DNA from: Eledone cirrhosa
Lineage: Eukaryota
DNA: 64,000 nucleotides
Assembly (NCBI GenBank): GCA_964016885.1
Contig: OZ024743.1
Location: 188,046,001 to 188,110,000 of the forward strand
Direction of reading: 5' to 3'
Part shown: piece by piece, positions 25,530 through 39,260 of the stretch
Layout of the letters: each line of letters starts with the position of its first letter
How positions within the stretch are numbered: the first letter of the stretch is position 1
Made by a program: the position numbers and the translations under genes
The notes under the pieces: model-generated
Told to the model about the DNA's origin: nothing
The model's database searches: none
What the model saw: the letters and a program-made list of their open reading frames with translations, nothing else

Positions 25530-27390
25530 ATAATGGGTAGGTGTTGAATACAGGTGTTGTAATGGGCTGACACAGAACACAGGTGTTATAATTGGCTGAT
25601 ACAGAACACAGGTGTAATGTAATGGAGAGAAATAGAACACAGGTGTTATGGTATAATGGGCCAATATTGAACACAGGTGTTATAATGTAATGGACATATA
25701 TAAAACAGAGGTGTTATAATGGGTAGATATAGAACACATGTGTTTTAATATATTGGGTAGATTTAGAACACCAGGTGTTATAATGGGTAGATTTAGAACA
25801 CAGGTGTTTTAATATATTGGGCAGATATAGATTCACCAGGTGTTGTAATGGGTAGATTTAGAACACAGGTGTTTTAATATATTGGGTAGATTTAGAACAC
25901 CAGGTGTTATAATGAGTAGATATAGAACACAGGTGTTTTAATATATTGGGTAGATTTAGAACACCAGGTGTTATAATGGGTAGATTTAGAACACAGGTGT
26001 TTTAATATATTGGCTTGATTTAGAACACCAGGTGTTATAATGAGTAGGTATAGAACACAGGTGTTTTAATATATTTGGTAGATATAGAACACCAGGTGTT
26101 ATAATGGGTAGATTTAGAACACAGGTGTTTTAATATATTGGGTAGATTTAGAACACCAGGTGCTATAATGGGTAGATTTAGAACACAGGTGTTTTAATAT
26201 ATTGGCTAGATTTAGAACGCCAGGTGTTATAATGGGTAGATTTAGAACACAGGTGTTTTAATATATTTGGTAGATTTAGAACACCAGGTGTTATAATGGG
26301 TAGATTTAGAACACAGATGTTTTAATATATTTGGTAGATTTAGAACACCAGGTGTTATAATGGGTAGATATAGAACACAGGTGTTTTAATATATTGGGTA
26401 GATTTAGAACACCAGGTGTTATAATGGGTAGATTTAGAACACAGGTGTTTTAATATATTTGGTAGATTTAGAACACCAGGTGTTATAATGGGTAGATTTA
26501 GAACACAGGTGTTTTAATATATTTGGTAGATATGGAACACAGGTGTTATAATGGGTAGATATAGAACACAGGTGTTTTAATATATTTGGTAGATATAGAA
26601 CACCAGGTGTTATAATGAGTAGATTTAGAACACAGGTGTTTTAATATATTTGGTAGATTCAGAACACCAGGTGTTATAATGGGTAGATTTAGAACACAGG
26701 TGTTTTAATATATTTGGTAGATTCAGAACACCAGGTGTTATAATGGGTAGGTATAGAACACAGGTGTTTTAATATATTTGGTAGATTTAGAACACCAGGT
26801 GTTATAATGGGTAGATTTAGAGCACAGGTGTTTTAATATATTTGGTAGATTCAGAACACCAGGTGTTATAATGGGTAGATTTAGAACACAGGTGTTTTAA
26901 TATATTTGGTAGATTCAGAACACCAGGTGTTATAATGGGTAGGTATAGAACACAGGTGTTTTAATATATTTGGTAGATTTAGAACACCAGGTGTTATAAT
27001 GGGTAGATTTAGAACACAGGTGTTTTAATATATTTGGTAGATTTAGAACACCAGGTGTTATAATGGGTAGATATAGAACACAGGTGTTTTAATATATTGG
27101 GCAGATATAGATTCACCAAGTGTTATAATGGGTAGATATAGAACACAGATGTTTTAATAATTTGGGTAGATTTAGAACACAGGTGTTCAAATGTAATTGA
27201 CAGATACTGAAACCCGGGTGTTGTAATGTAATGAGCAGATTTAGATCACAGGTGTTGTAATGGGCAGATTTAGATCAACTGGTGTTGTACTGTAGTGGGC
27301 AAATATTGAGCACCAGCTGCTGCAATGTAACAAACATAGAATATAGGAACTGTAAAGTGATTGACAGGTATTGGAACACATGTGTGGAAA
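25530..27390. repeat. Minisatellite: 64-bp unit (30+34-bp related subunits), ~23 homogeneous units at ~25720-27190 with degenerate edges
   Basis: gggtagatttagaacaccaggtgttataat + gggtagatttagaacacaggtgttttaatatatt. Period of 64 checked at 25861/25925/25989/26053. Confidence 0.96.
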
Positions 27391-30300
27391 AGGGAGAGAA
27401 ACAAATGGAAGTAGCATCAGAAGGGATTGGGAGTGCATTTGTGTTTAATTTTGAAAGAAAGAAGTGGGTGTCTGCCCACATATTTTTCTGTTGATCTGAT
27501 TGTCAGAATTGTATACTGTCTCAGGCTGTGATAGGGAGTGAGTTAATAAATAGATAAATGTTGTCTTTGTATGCACATGAAAGCCCTGAAGAAAGATGAG
27601 AGCAACAGAGGTAAGACTCGATTGTTTTGTTATTTATCTATTCAACCACAAATGTCTCAAGTTGAGTTGAAGCTATTTTCTCACAATGCCTACAAATAAT
27701 AGAATACTGTTGTTTATGATGATGCTGTCATTACTCATATGACCATTTTTCTTTTTACATTGAAATTAATGTTTCCTCTGTGTTCTTCATTGTATGCATG
27801 TTAATATCTGTATGTTTGAATTACAATGTGTTGGGGAGAAGGACATATTCGTTTGTGTTACTGCTACCTCTACTTTAAAGTAATTCTACTTGCCACATCT
27901 GAGGTGACTCTCTTACAATGCACATGAATATTACACAATTTTCACCACTCTAGATAATGGAGTAGACCTTCAAATGCCTCAAAACACTTTGGTGGTAAAT
28001 AAAACAAAAAATAAATCAGTTTTCTTTTATGTAAGGTAATCTGGAAAGAAAATATCTGTAAAATGAGACTGTTCTGTGAACAATAGCAATTTTATTTATT
28101 TTAATCTTAATAAAATTGGATAAGTAAATATATTAAAGAAATAAGAAAAGCAGATATTTCAAAGAGTTGATGGTTCTAAAATCTTGGCAACGAGTCACTT
28201 TAACCAATTATATTAATCTTAGGTAAAACTTAAAAAGACAACACGAAAAAATTAAAGAAAATCTAGTTCACACCAAACTATATATTTTTAGATTCTTCCA
28301 TATTTACAACATGATGTATACTGTTGCTAGATATACACATTTCTCTTTATTTTCTATATTTCTATATTTCAGTTTGCTATTTCTGTTAACATTATATATA
28401 CTTTATATTACTTATCAAATATATTTAAATTTTTTTCTATTCTAGCAAGTGAAACACATAGAGCAAATGTATGTGATTCTACCTCATTATATAGCCTACT
28501 ATTAATAGCAGTCAAATTTTCCTTTAAATTTATGGATGGTCCCATTTGAGATGCTTTTGATAATAGGTCTGCTTAATCAAAATTGCCTTGATACCAGGCA
28601 AGAGCAATAGAGCCTAATGCTACTTGAACTTTTCTTAATACAATATATCATTCATAAGGCACATTCATTTCATGGAACTCAATCTAAATGAATTGATATT
28701 TATAATTTAGGTTCATCTTTATAGCTATTATATTGCCTTCTTCTGAGCAAGAGTAAACTTAGGACATAGCACTGTAAGCTAACACAATACTTGTCAATTA
28801 AACAAATGCCTTGAAATACAATGAGTTGACAGCAATATTGGTGCTGGGGCATTTTAAAATGCACACAGTTCACCCAGTAAAGTAGTAGTACTGAAGTTAC
28901 AATAAAATATCCCAATGCATACTGTAAAGTGTTTGGCATTATGAAACGAAGAAACGAAGACAACAATGGAGCATACTTGAAGAGTCTAGCATAATAACAT
29001 GACAACCATTCTAACCCATGCAAGCATTGAAAATAGACTATAAACAGTGATAATGATGATGATGATGATGATGACAGAGCATCACACTTCCTGTTTTTTT
29101 TTATGTGATCTGTTTGCTTTATGAATTTAAATCCAACCAAATATGTTGTTGCTTAGCTCTAGGCTAGTACTGAGAGATGGCTGTTATTTCTAGCAGAATA
29201 AGCATCTATATAGAGGCTCCTTCAATGGTCCATAATATATACTAGCAATATAATATTATTGATTCTTCTTGGATATACTTCTCTTTTACTGAAATTGTGT
29301 TTCATCATAATCATCTCCACCATTTGTAAGTCGTTTTCATGGTGATATGTGTTGAACAGGAATTTTTGAGGTACTTTATGCCTATGTTGTATTTCATACA
29401 ACACATTTTGCTTTTATTAAACATTGATCTTATGGCACGTATTTCACATGTATTTTTGTTAATGTATATCATATGCATCTGCTTACATATACATGTCATG
29501 TTAATTTGTAAAGTGGCCAGAAAAATATTGATCACCTAATATATAATTTATTGGGAGTATGTGTGTGTGTTTGTGATTGTTTGTTTTTTTTAGCTATAAT
29601 AAGGAAAATCTTTTGTGGCTGTCAGCTGTGCAGCACTTCTGTTGGGGATTTCCCATTAAATGCTGGATGTAGTGCAGAGGGATATTAGGGTAAAATGTTT
29701 AATTGTCTTTCTACCAATATCTTTTAGTCATCTCTTTTTACATACTTGGATGGCAGTCAAATATTCCTCAAACGAGAAATATCTTATTCTAAAAAGGAAA
29801 CATTGAATAATATATTCTGGAGTATGTTATTTCCTGTCCCCACAAAAAGAAAATAAAATAAAAATGGTTGGTAATTACTAATGCATACTGTACCACCTCA
29901 GACCAAGTTCAGCTGATGAACTCTTCCCTTTCTCACTCTTCTGACTCAGTAATGTCCCTCAAACTCAAAGTTAAACATGTTGCTCAATCCATTTTCTTCA
30001 GAACTGCAGCTTTCTGCAACTCTTACCTGTTCACATTTTCCTTGCAGTTATCAACATATTTGAAGTTCAAGATGATTTCTAAATGCACCACTCTTTTTAG
30101 TCCGAGAGGTACTGGAAATATCATGGTTGCTATTTCTCCTTTGAATTATACTAAACCATTATAAGTGATATTGAAAATATATGTAGAAAATAATATTATT
30201 AAGGTAGATGGGAATTTGATTCCCTCAGAGGATATATTAATCATATGTTTCTTCTCTAGAGGATTATATGTCCAACTATTTTTTCATGATAAAAAAGCCT

Positions 30301-33202
30301 ATATTGAAGCACTTATTTTAAGCTAACACACTTTCAAAATTCAATATTATTTCGTTTTCATTATTCAACTGTTTTGTTAATATTAGGTTACATATTTCTT
30401 AATTTGTAACAGAATACTAGGAATGTACATTGACCTTCTATTTATCCTTTCATTTTCTTGAAAGAAACTATGTTCAGATAGAAATATGCCACTAATCAAA
30501 ATATAGTGTCAGATTAGTTGGTTTTCTCTGCAAACGTTACCATCAATTACATTTTCAATTGAAAGTATCATAACATATATAATAGAGATTCTGTGGATCA
30601 AAATATAATCTAAATAAATCTGGGAATAGTGTGCTAGGGCAACAGGTCTGATAAAAGTGGGGTATGCATCGCTATCACCATAACATCATTATATGACAAT
30701 GAAAGATGTTTTGCTTAATCATATCAAGGAGGTTAAAAAGGCTGCTAAGACACCAATGAACTACCTGTAGTAAAATATGTAGCTTTTTTCTATATGGCAA
30801 CAAAGTTTTCATCATATACCTATGCAGTCTCTTAAATCTTTTCTTTTCCATACATCATGTAATACATCACTTATTATACTTTCCCTTCTCAGTTTGTTTA
30901 TTCAGCTAAACATCAGGCCATCGTTAATTTATCTTTTAATGTCATGTCATATCTATTCTCACTCAGTCGGTTTCTGATTGGGTGAGAAATTGCTGGGATT
31001 CTTTTTCACTACATATTTAACACACTTATTCTTACACATGATTATTATACTTGATACAAAACAGTATCTGACCTTCTTGTTTCATTGAACATAAATATTG
31101 TTGAAACCAAATTCACTTTCTCCTCTCTTGGTTTTGATAAAATAAGTAGCAACACACTCAAATGTTTGACACATTTCAATATCCTCTGAATATTCAGGAA
31201 ATTAGAAAATCTGATGTTCACCTATTGACTGATTATAGGTTACTCCAAGCTTAAACTTTAACATTCATCAGAACTAGTGCAGCTATTTTCAATTCCTTTC
31301 AGATATCTTGAAATATACAACTTCTGTTGAAACTGTATGTTATAAAGTTACCTTTTTATAATAGTACTAATTGAACCAGCAATGGACACAGTTTTATACC
31401 AATGAATGATAGGATTTGAAATACGGATCCCTATGAAATTTACCAGATTTTGTTCTTGATTAAAACATAAGCATATTGAAGCTAAACATATTGATAATAT
31501 AAAGAACACTTGCTTCACCTAAACCATTTACACCTAAATATCATACAAATTCCTTTTAATAACACTCTACCATCTTAAAAAAGGAAGAACACATTGGTAA
31601 ATGTATTCCTAAATAAGCTAAAAAGGTGGGATGATCATGGTTTAAATGTGCTTTGTCCTTAGATGTTCTCAGCCAAGCTTGACTTGAGGCTAAAAGACAA
31701 CATTAAAAATAAAAGATATAATTCACCACAGAGTATTTTAAATCCCATTTTCATATCATTTCATATTCACTTTTTATGTTGGTATGAGTTGGGTGATGTG
31801 TCATGGAATGGACCACTTCTTATTTTGAGTTATTGATTTTTTAGATAGGTCAAAGAACTATGACCTGCTCACAAATACCATTTTGAGCATGATTGCTACA
31901 GCTGCATACTTTTCAAGCAACAACTTCACAGATTGTACTAGATACATTTTATCAGTGCACCAACACTAAAAAAGGTTTTTCCTGTCTCTAGCAAGACTAA
32001 AGAACCCTTTCTACCTAATATTGCCTCTTTTCATTTGCCAACCACTTTACAAAGTGTATATTACATGTTTAAAATATAAATAATCAATTAGAATTAGTTG
32101 GGTAGACTGAGATAAAAATATAATTGCAGCATTTATGTGCTTTGAACTAATAGAATTATGGAAAGATCCTAACAATTATTGACAAGCCAAAAAATTGGTT
32201 TGGTCAAGTAACTATGATAATTTTCTAAGATCTGATGGTATACCCCCAAGATTAAATTCATACAAGATAGCAAATTTTGAACATATATAGCTTACCTTTT
32301 AGCACACTAAATGTTTTAGCTAATATCTGTTATTTTCTTTTATTTCAGAAATATAATATATCAAGAATTCGAAGTTGGTGTCTGAAATGGAATACATACA
32401 CATATGCATGTAGATAAGTACACATGTACACACACACAACAAAATAATAATACATACACATACACAGAAATAAACAAAAAGAAAAAAGAAAAAGAAAGAA
32501 GATGTAGAGAGAAAAGTTTCTTTAAAGAAAAATATATTTCTGATAAAATATGAATTCTGTATAAGTTCAAACTTTAATTGCAGCTTAGAAAAGAGAGAAC
32601 CAATGTTTCAAATATCGTTTTCTGTGTGTTCTGAAACTATTATTAACTTCATAAATATGACACTGTCTGTGACCTGTGTTTATATTTTACTGTATGAAAC
32701 ATTCAGCAGAAGAAAAGGCAATATGAGAAAAAACAAATTAAATAAGTTAACAACAAAAGATGATAGCAGAAAATAATGAAAATAATTCTTTCTTTAAAGA
32801 TGGTGAATTTATAGTAACAATAGAGCATCAAATAGAATGCCTTGCAGTATTTGTTTTAGCTCTCTCCATTATAAGTTCAACGCTTCTACTCACCACATGA
32901 AGATAAATCCCATTAAGATTAACATTACTTTTCACCTTTGGGGCCTGAATAATTAACAGTATTTATCAAGAAAAGTGGATAACTACCGTTATTGCCCAGA
33001 ACTAACAATCTAACCACAGGACCACAATGGATTATGAGAGCTGTAATGGATAAAGAGGGCATTGTGGCTGTCTCCAACTGTAATTGAATCCTTTCTTTAT
33101 TGGGGAAAATAGTAACATGTTACAGTCGATCTTACAAAATACATTGCAATATATATATGTATTCATGAGTGATATGAGATAATATTATAATGATATTAAT
33201 AA

Positions 33203-33485
33203 TTGTTTCTACTTTAGGCACAAGGCCAGCAATTACCCAGTGCATTACTGGTACTTTATTTTATCGACCCCGTGAGGATGAAAGGCAAAGTCAACCTCGG
33301 CGGGATTTGAACTCAGATCGTAAAGGGACGTAACTATGCTGGAAAGCATGGCGTCCGACCCTAATGATAATAATAATGATATTAATGATATTAATAATTG
33401 TTTCTACTTTTGGCACAAGGCCAGCAATTATTCCAGTGTATTACTGGTACTTTATTTTATCGACCCGTTAAGGATGAAAGGTAAA
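33203..33485 (-). mobile_element. Two tandem SINE S1 copies (33203-33362; partial 33397-33485)
   Basis: Same consensus with AT-rich duplicated flanks. Confidence 0.88.
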
Positions 33486-33570
33486 ATGTTATGATATTAT
33501 TATATTATTATTATTCACTCACAAATATATTTAGATATCCACCACGTTAAGAACGAAAACACATTTTGTT

Positions 33571-33635
<65 letters not shown>

Positions 33636-34239
33636 TAAATGGGTGCTTAGCACTTATATTAAGATACTTATATCAAGACAGGTTAGAGACGTTTTACATA
33701 TACAAAGGAATTCAAACAAGGGCAACTCACAACAACAGAGTTGAGAAGGCACAACCTATGTAGCATCATATCATCCTGCAGTAATGATACCATTCTGTTC
33801 AATTACTCTTGCACAATGAGTTCTCAGAATTCCCACTGAGCAATCTTAGCTTTAAACAAGCAATAAAATATCCCATACCCTCTAATGCCATGAACTGCAT
33901 AAATGATCTATTATCTAGAGGGTACCAGAATTTAACTCTGGCTATTTCTTCTCCAATACACCATTCAAATTGTGAACTGTTATGATATGTCTCTTTACTT
34001 CGTTAACACATACACACTGACATTCCCAACCATTCTCTTGCATACACTCTCTCTTCTTCTTGTACCTCATGTACAATTACCCACACATACACACAACATA
34101 TTATTTACCTGGTTTGCCTTTCATCTTTCTGGGGTTGATAAAATAAAGTACCAGTCACGAACTAGATCGATATAATTGACTTTCCCTTCCATGCAAATTG
34201 TTGACCATGTGCTTAAATTAGACATCATTATTTACGAGG

Positions 34240-34422
34240 GCGGTGGATTGGCAGTATCAGTAGAGGGTCGGACGCCATGCTTTCCAGCATAGTTACGTCC
34301 CTTTACGATCTGAGTTCAAATCCCGCCAAGGTTGACTTTGCCTTTCATCCTCACGGGGTCGATAAAATAAAGTACCAGTAATGCACTGGGTAATTGCTGG
34401 CCTTGTGCCTAAAGTAGAAACA
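34240..34422 (+). mobile_element. Full-length SINE S1 with TSD attatttacgagg
   Basis: A/B boxes, core and tail present. TSD on both sides. Confidence 0.92.
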
Positions 34423-34698
34423 ATTATTTACGAGGTTTTTGGTCAATTTGGTTATCATTATGACACAACTGAAGAATCCTCAAAACCCTTTGTTTAGCAT
34501 GTTTTCTATGATTAGGTACACTTCCTATCACAATACACTTTACTGAGTGTACTAGATGTATTATCAACAAAACACACAAAAATATTGAAATAAGGAAAAA
34601 CAAAAGCCAACAGTAAAGTCAGACATTGAAATATAAAAATACTTTTTCACTGCACGATGGGAGCTTCATATCTCAGAAATACTTATTGTATATGTTTG

Positions 34699-35042
34699 TC
34701 ATCATCATCATCATCATCATTTTACGTCCGCTTTTCCCTGCTTGCAAGGGTGGGACGGGAACTGATTCTGGCTTGATTTCTACAGCTGGATGCCCTTCCT
34801 AACACCAACCTCATTTACAGTGAGTGCTGGGTGCTTGTTTGCCGTGGCACCTCCACGACCACTTTGCAGTGGAATGATAGGGATCCCAGTCCCTATCATC
34901 TCATTTCTACAGCTGAGTAAACTGGAGCAATGTGAAATAAAGTGTCTTGCTCAAGGAAACAACACATTACCTGGTCTGAGAATTGAACTTACAACCTTTC
35001 GATTGCAAGGCCAATGCTCTAACCACTAAGCCATGTGCCTCC
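34699..35042 (-). mobile_element. tRNA-derived SINE family S2 (tRNA head, Meta-like core, RTE-derived 3' tail, (GAT)n)
   Basis: TGGCTTAGTGGTTAGAGC...GTTCAATTC head, ccttgagcaagacactttatttcacattgctccag core, tail shared with the RTE 3' end. Near-identical copy at 58440-58838. Confidence 0.85.
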
Positions 35043-35462
35043 ATTATAAATGTGTATAAATGTGTATTGGTTTACTGTGTCCATATATATCATTATGCAT
35101 GTATGTATGTATATGCACATGTGTGCATGCATGTATATACACACACATATATACACCCTCGTTTTCATGCACACATACATATATATATGTATAGTTACAT
35201 GTGTATGTTTGAATATGTGTGTATATATGTATGCATTCATGTAAATATATGTGTATATATGTATGCATTCATGTAAATATGTGTGTATATATGTATGCAT
35301 TCATGTATGTATGTATGCATTCATGTAAAAATTCTAATTTATATATCAGAAGGCAAGATCTAATGTTACACTGTTATGTAAATGAATATATACATATATA
35401 TTAGGTCTGGCTATAATGGAATCAAATTCCCATTATCACTGCCTCTGTCTCTCTCACTCTCC

Positions 35463-36560
35463 TCATCTCTCATTATTATGAGCAAATGAGGGCCCATGCA
35501 CTGGCCAACCAGACAGAATAAGGAAGGCATTTCCCCTGAGGATGGTGAGGGAAATGCATTGGAAGAGCCATTCCAACTCACGTGGCTCACACCTGGTAGC
35601 CAGCTCTGTGCTGATGGTGGTGAGTAGGGAGGTGGTCCTCATTCCAAGGACACTAGAAGTCACCACTGCTATGGGCTTGACAACAAACCTGTTGGAGAGA
35701 GACCTATATTTGGAGAGTTTGCTCTCATTGGTCCGAAATGGAGCAGAGCCTGGGTTAGTTGCAAACTGCACCAGGTTGCCACTTAAAAATGTGTCAGTGC
35801 ATGTGGCATCCCAGATGAGTGGTTTACCACCGCAGGGCAGGAAAATGGTTATGCTGTCTGGCCTTTTGCCATCCCCTTGGTCCAGCCCTGCCAGCTTGAG
35901 CTGGGAGGGGAAGCTTGCAACATCCAAGCGCCATGCTTATGATCTTGTTGAGAGCAGCATGGCATGGAAGGCGGCCAGCACTGTGGTGACAGGACAGTGG
36001 GTGGAGGCCAATAGAGTCTACGGTGGATCTACAGTGACATTTGTGTGGCTCACAGACCTGGAGGCTGTCTCTCAGGGAAACTGCAATTTTCAGGATATCA
36101 TTATCCAGCTGTGTTTCAGTCAAAAAGAAGGGTAAGGTATTGAGCCTGGCACTGTTGTGGGGTTGTGAGGTCGTGCTGGTGGAGCCGGTGCTCTAACCTG
36201 TCTGAGGCCATGTCACACATGTGCGGCATCCCATATGCTCCTAGGGGATTCCACACCCCTCCGCGTGGAAGAAGAAGAGGGACGGATGTCTACTGGGTGG
36301 AGTCTGGGCTGGTTTCAAGTTTTGCCATAGGCCTCAGGTTCCTAGATCACAGTGGGTTCCATTGTGTTGTGGAGAACCCTGTTGATGAGGGCATGGCAAG
36401 TGGTCACTGATGAAAGAAACGCCGCCAAAGCACGCAAGAGTGGAGACCGGAGATTTAGGCCACCATTTGTAAGGGATAAGGTGGTCTGTTGCCATCCAAA
36501 CTCATTAACCCTGACATTGCATATCTCCTCAGCTGCCACTCAGATACAAGTATCAAGGTA
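35463..36560 (-). mobile_element. CRE-clade (restriction-like endonuclease) non-LTR retrotransposon, 5'-truncated, frameshifted
   Basis: WQQTTLSLTNGGLNLRS...AAFLSS, zinc knuckle CHC..TVDSIGLHPLSC, RLE GKRPDSIT...LIWDATCTDT...E..KLSKY...QCISLTILRGNA. Confidence 0.88.
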
Positions 36561-39089
36561 AATGAGGAGAGATGTGTATATATATATATATGTGTATGTA
36601 TATATGTATGTATGTATGTGAAATGTTTTCCTTTCCTTGAAAGCTAGTACATTTAAAAATAAAATACTTCAACATTAAACTGATAATGGTCATTATATAT
36701 CAATGGTGACAATGCTGCTTCTGATGATGATGTTAATAACAATATTTTCTAACATATTTTTGTTTATGGTGACTTCTAATAACATCACCCATAACAACAA
36801 CAATCACATCAACATCATCATCATCAACAACAACGATAATAAATTTCTCAAATAAGAAAGATAATAAAAGTAATGACAATTATGACAACAATAACATTAA
36901 CATCAATATTTATGAAAACAAAAACAACAGGATGCCAATCAAAAGAATGTTTGTACTGAAAAAAAATCTTTCTTGTTTCTTGGCAGATAATTATCTTCAG
37001 TTGATGATGTATATTGTTCGGTCTCACTGAAATTAATGAAGCTTGCAGAATTGATAGTAGGAATAAATTGTCACAGTTGAAAGAAGAAAGTGATAATTTT
37101 ATTAGAAATAGCTGTTATGGTTCTGTTTAGCAGAAACTTCAAGAAATAAAGAAAGGACATTTCTATGGGTCCTTTAATTTATCATTATAATATATACTAT
37201 TTATTTATTTATTAAGTTATTATGTGTGTGTTAATACAAGTATATGCATATAGATATATGTGTGTAGATATGTATATGTATATATGTAAATAAGTGTGTA
37301 TGCATGTGTAAGAGTGAATGATTATATGTTTTCTATCATGTTTTAAAATTATTTGAATTATTTCTGTAAAGATGGGATTGATTTCTAAATAAAGAAATAA
37401 AACTCCATCACTAGAATTTTCATAACAATAACCTTAGAAAAGTTTTGCATTTTTTACTGATCCACTTTCAAATCATCATCATCATCATCATCGTCATCGT
37501 TTAACGTCTATCTTCCATGCTAGCATGGGAGGTCTGTAGTCTATTTGGTTGATGCTTAGTATATATTTGCATTCTGTTAAGCAATGTGTAGATCCATAAC
37601 CAGACAATTATTTCTGGTAGAACTTGATTATTGTTAGAATGTGATCATAACTTTATAATTATATTTTAATATACATATTAATTATACAAAAATAGTCGGA
37701 CAGAGGTTTCAGTTTACAGACATCAACTATGGAAATGAGAGTCAAATATCTTATGAGGATAATAATTATCTTTTTAACTCTTTTGCTACCAACCTACTCC
37801 AAATCACCTTTCATTTTCTGAAATAAAACCATCGTCATTAAAAGCTTCTTTTTAATGTAGAATCTTCCAAAGTAATTCTCTATAAGAATATTCTGTTTAA
37901 ATGATGGAAATATGAAAAAAAATATAAAACCAAAATTAACTAATGAGAGAAAGTGTAAAGATATGCAGATCTGGCAGTATAGGAAATTAGAGGAAAAGCC
38001 TATAAATGCCATAAATGGGAGGGAAAGGAGGATCTATGCATAGGGCAAGGTGGTGTTTTAGCTGCATCCTGCGGACAAACTAAAGATATTTCCATGAACA
38101 ATGGCCACCAATACCTGCTACAACAGCCACCCCATGCCGTGGGGCTCATTCCTCAGACAGGCTGCTGACATTCCAATTTTATGAAATAGCTTGGCAGAAT
38201 GAGGCCCAAGGGTACCTGAGGTCTTAACAGTAACTGGTACAAAGAGGAAGTGGCTGGCCAAGCCCAAGTATTTTCTTTTTAAAATATACTGCAAATACCA
38301 TCATAAGAATGAAATGATGAATAATTTTAATAAATGCCTGCAAATTACTCATTAATTAATGAGCTGCAGTACATTTCATTAGAAATATAATCACAAAAGT
38401 TAAATGGAGAAAAAGCAGTATCTTATGTATTTTATAGGGCCTCTAAGATTGTTGGTGTAGATGATGGAAGCGTGGGGAAAATACTCATCTAGCAATCAGC
38501 AAAACTATTGTCAGACTTAAGAACAGGTCTGAATTCTTTCGACAAAGTTGACACTGCTAAAAGTACCAAACGAATAGATGGAGTTGATGTTAGACTAGAT
38601 GTGAGTTCAGGTCTACAGTCCAATTAAATCTATACCACACATATCTTTACTCTGGTCAGTTTTGATACCTACTGGACTGTACTAGTTAACAATCGAGTAG
38701 TTTCATTATTAATAGAATGCCGTGTTAGTAAATGGATCCAAACCATCATCTTGCCATCAACTATCCTGTTGATTAAGTCATTATCTTCATGTAGGCATTT
38801 ATTTTTATAAATGTTTTTTTAAAACATTTTGTTAAAATCAAAAGTAGAAGAGAATTATAAATTCCGCTAAAATCTAAATGATTTATGAAGTACAAACCAA
38901 TGAAAAAACTTCTATCTGGCCACTTCCTTTGCCAGAAATAGAAAAAACAAATCACAACTTAATGTCTTCTAAAAGGGGTGGCAGTTACAAATGGAATCAT
39001 TTTTGACATTGTATCAAATAGCAACATGTTTAAAGCATAATCCAAAAGCTTTATATAAAGAACACCCAATCAGTTCCATCTGCTGTGTG

Positions 39090-39260
39090 CAAAAAAGAAA
39101 AAAGAAAAAAGAAAAAAGAAAAAAGAAAAAAGAAAAAGAAAAAAGGAAAAAGGAAAAAGAAAAAAGAAAAAAGAAAAAAGAAAAAAGAAAAAGAAAAAAG
39201 GAAAAAGGAAAAAGGAAAAAGAAAAAAGAAAAAAGAAAAAAGAAAAAAGAAAAAAGAAAA
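39090..39260. repeat. (GAAAAAA/GAAAAA)n purine tract
   Basis: Direct inspection. Confidence 0.95.

Noticed and set aside
25720-27190. Repetitive protein-coding exon
   Set aside because: The 64-bp period is not a multiple of 3 and no ORF spans the array.
25530-27390. CRISPR-like array (palindromic ~30-bp repeats)
   Set aside because: No unique spacers, no cas genes, eukaryotic context. It is a tandem minisatellite.
27560-27620. Possible host exon ending at AG|GTAAGA (also ~24290)
   Set aside because: A donor-like motif alone, with no acceptor, ORF or homology support.
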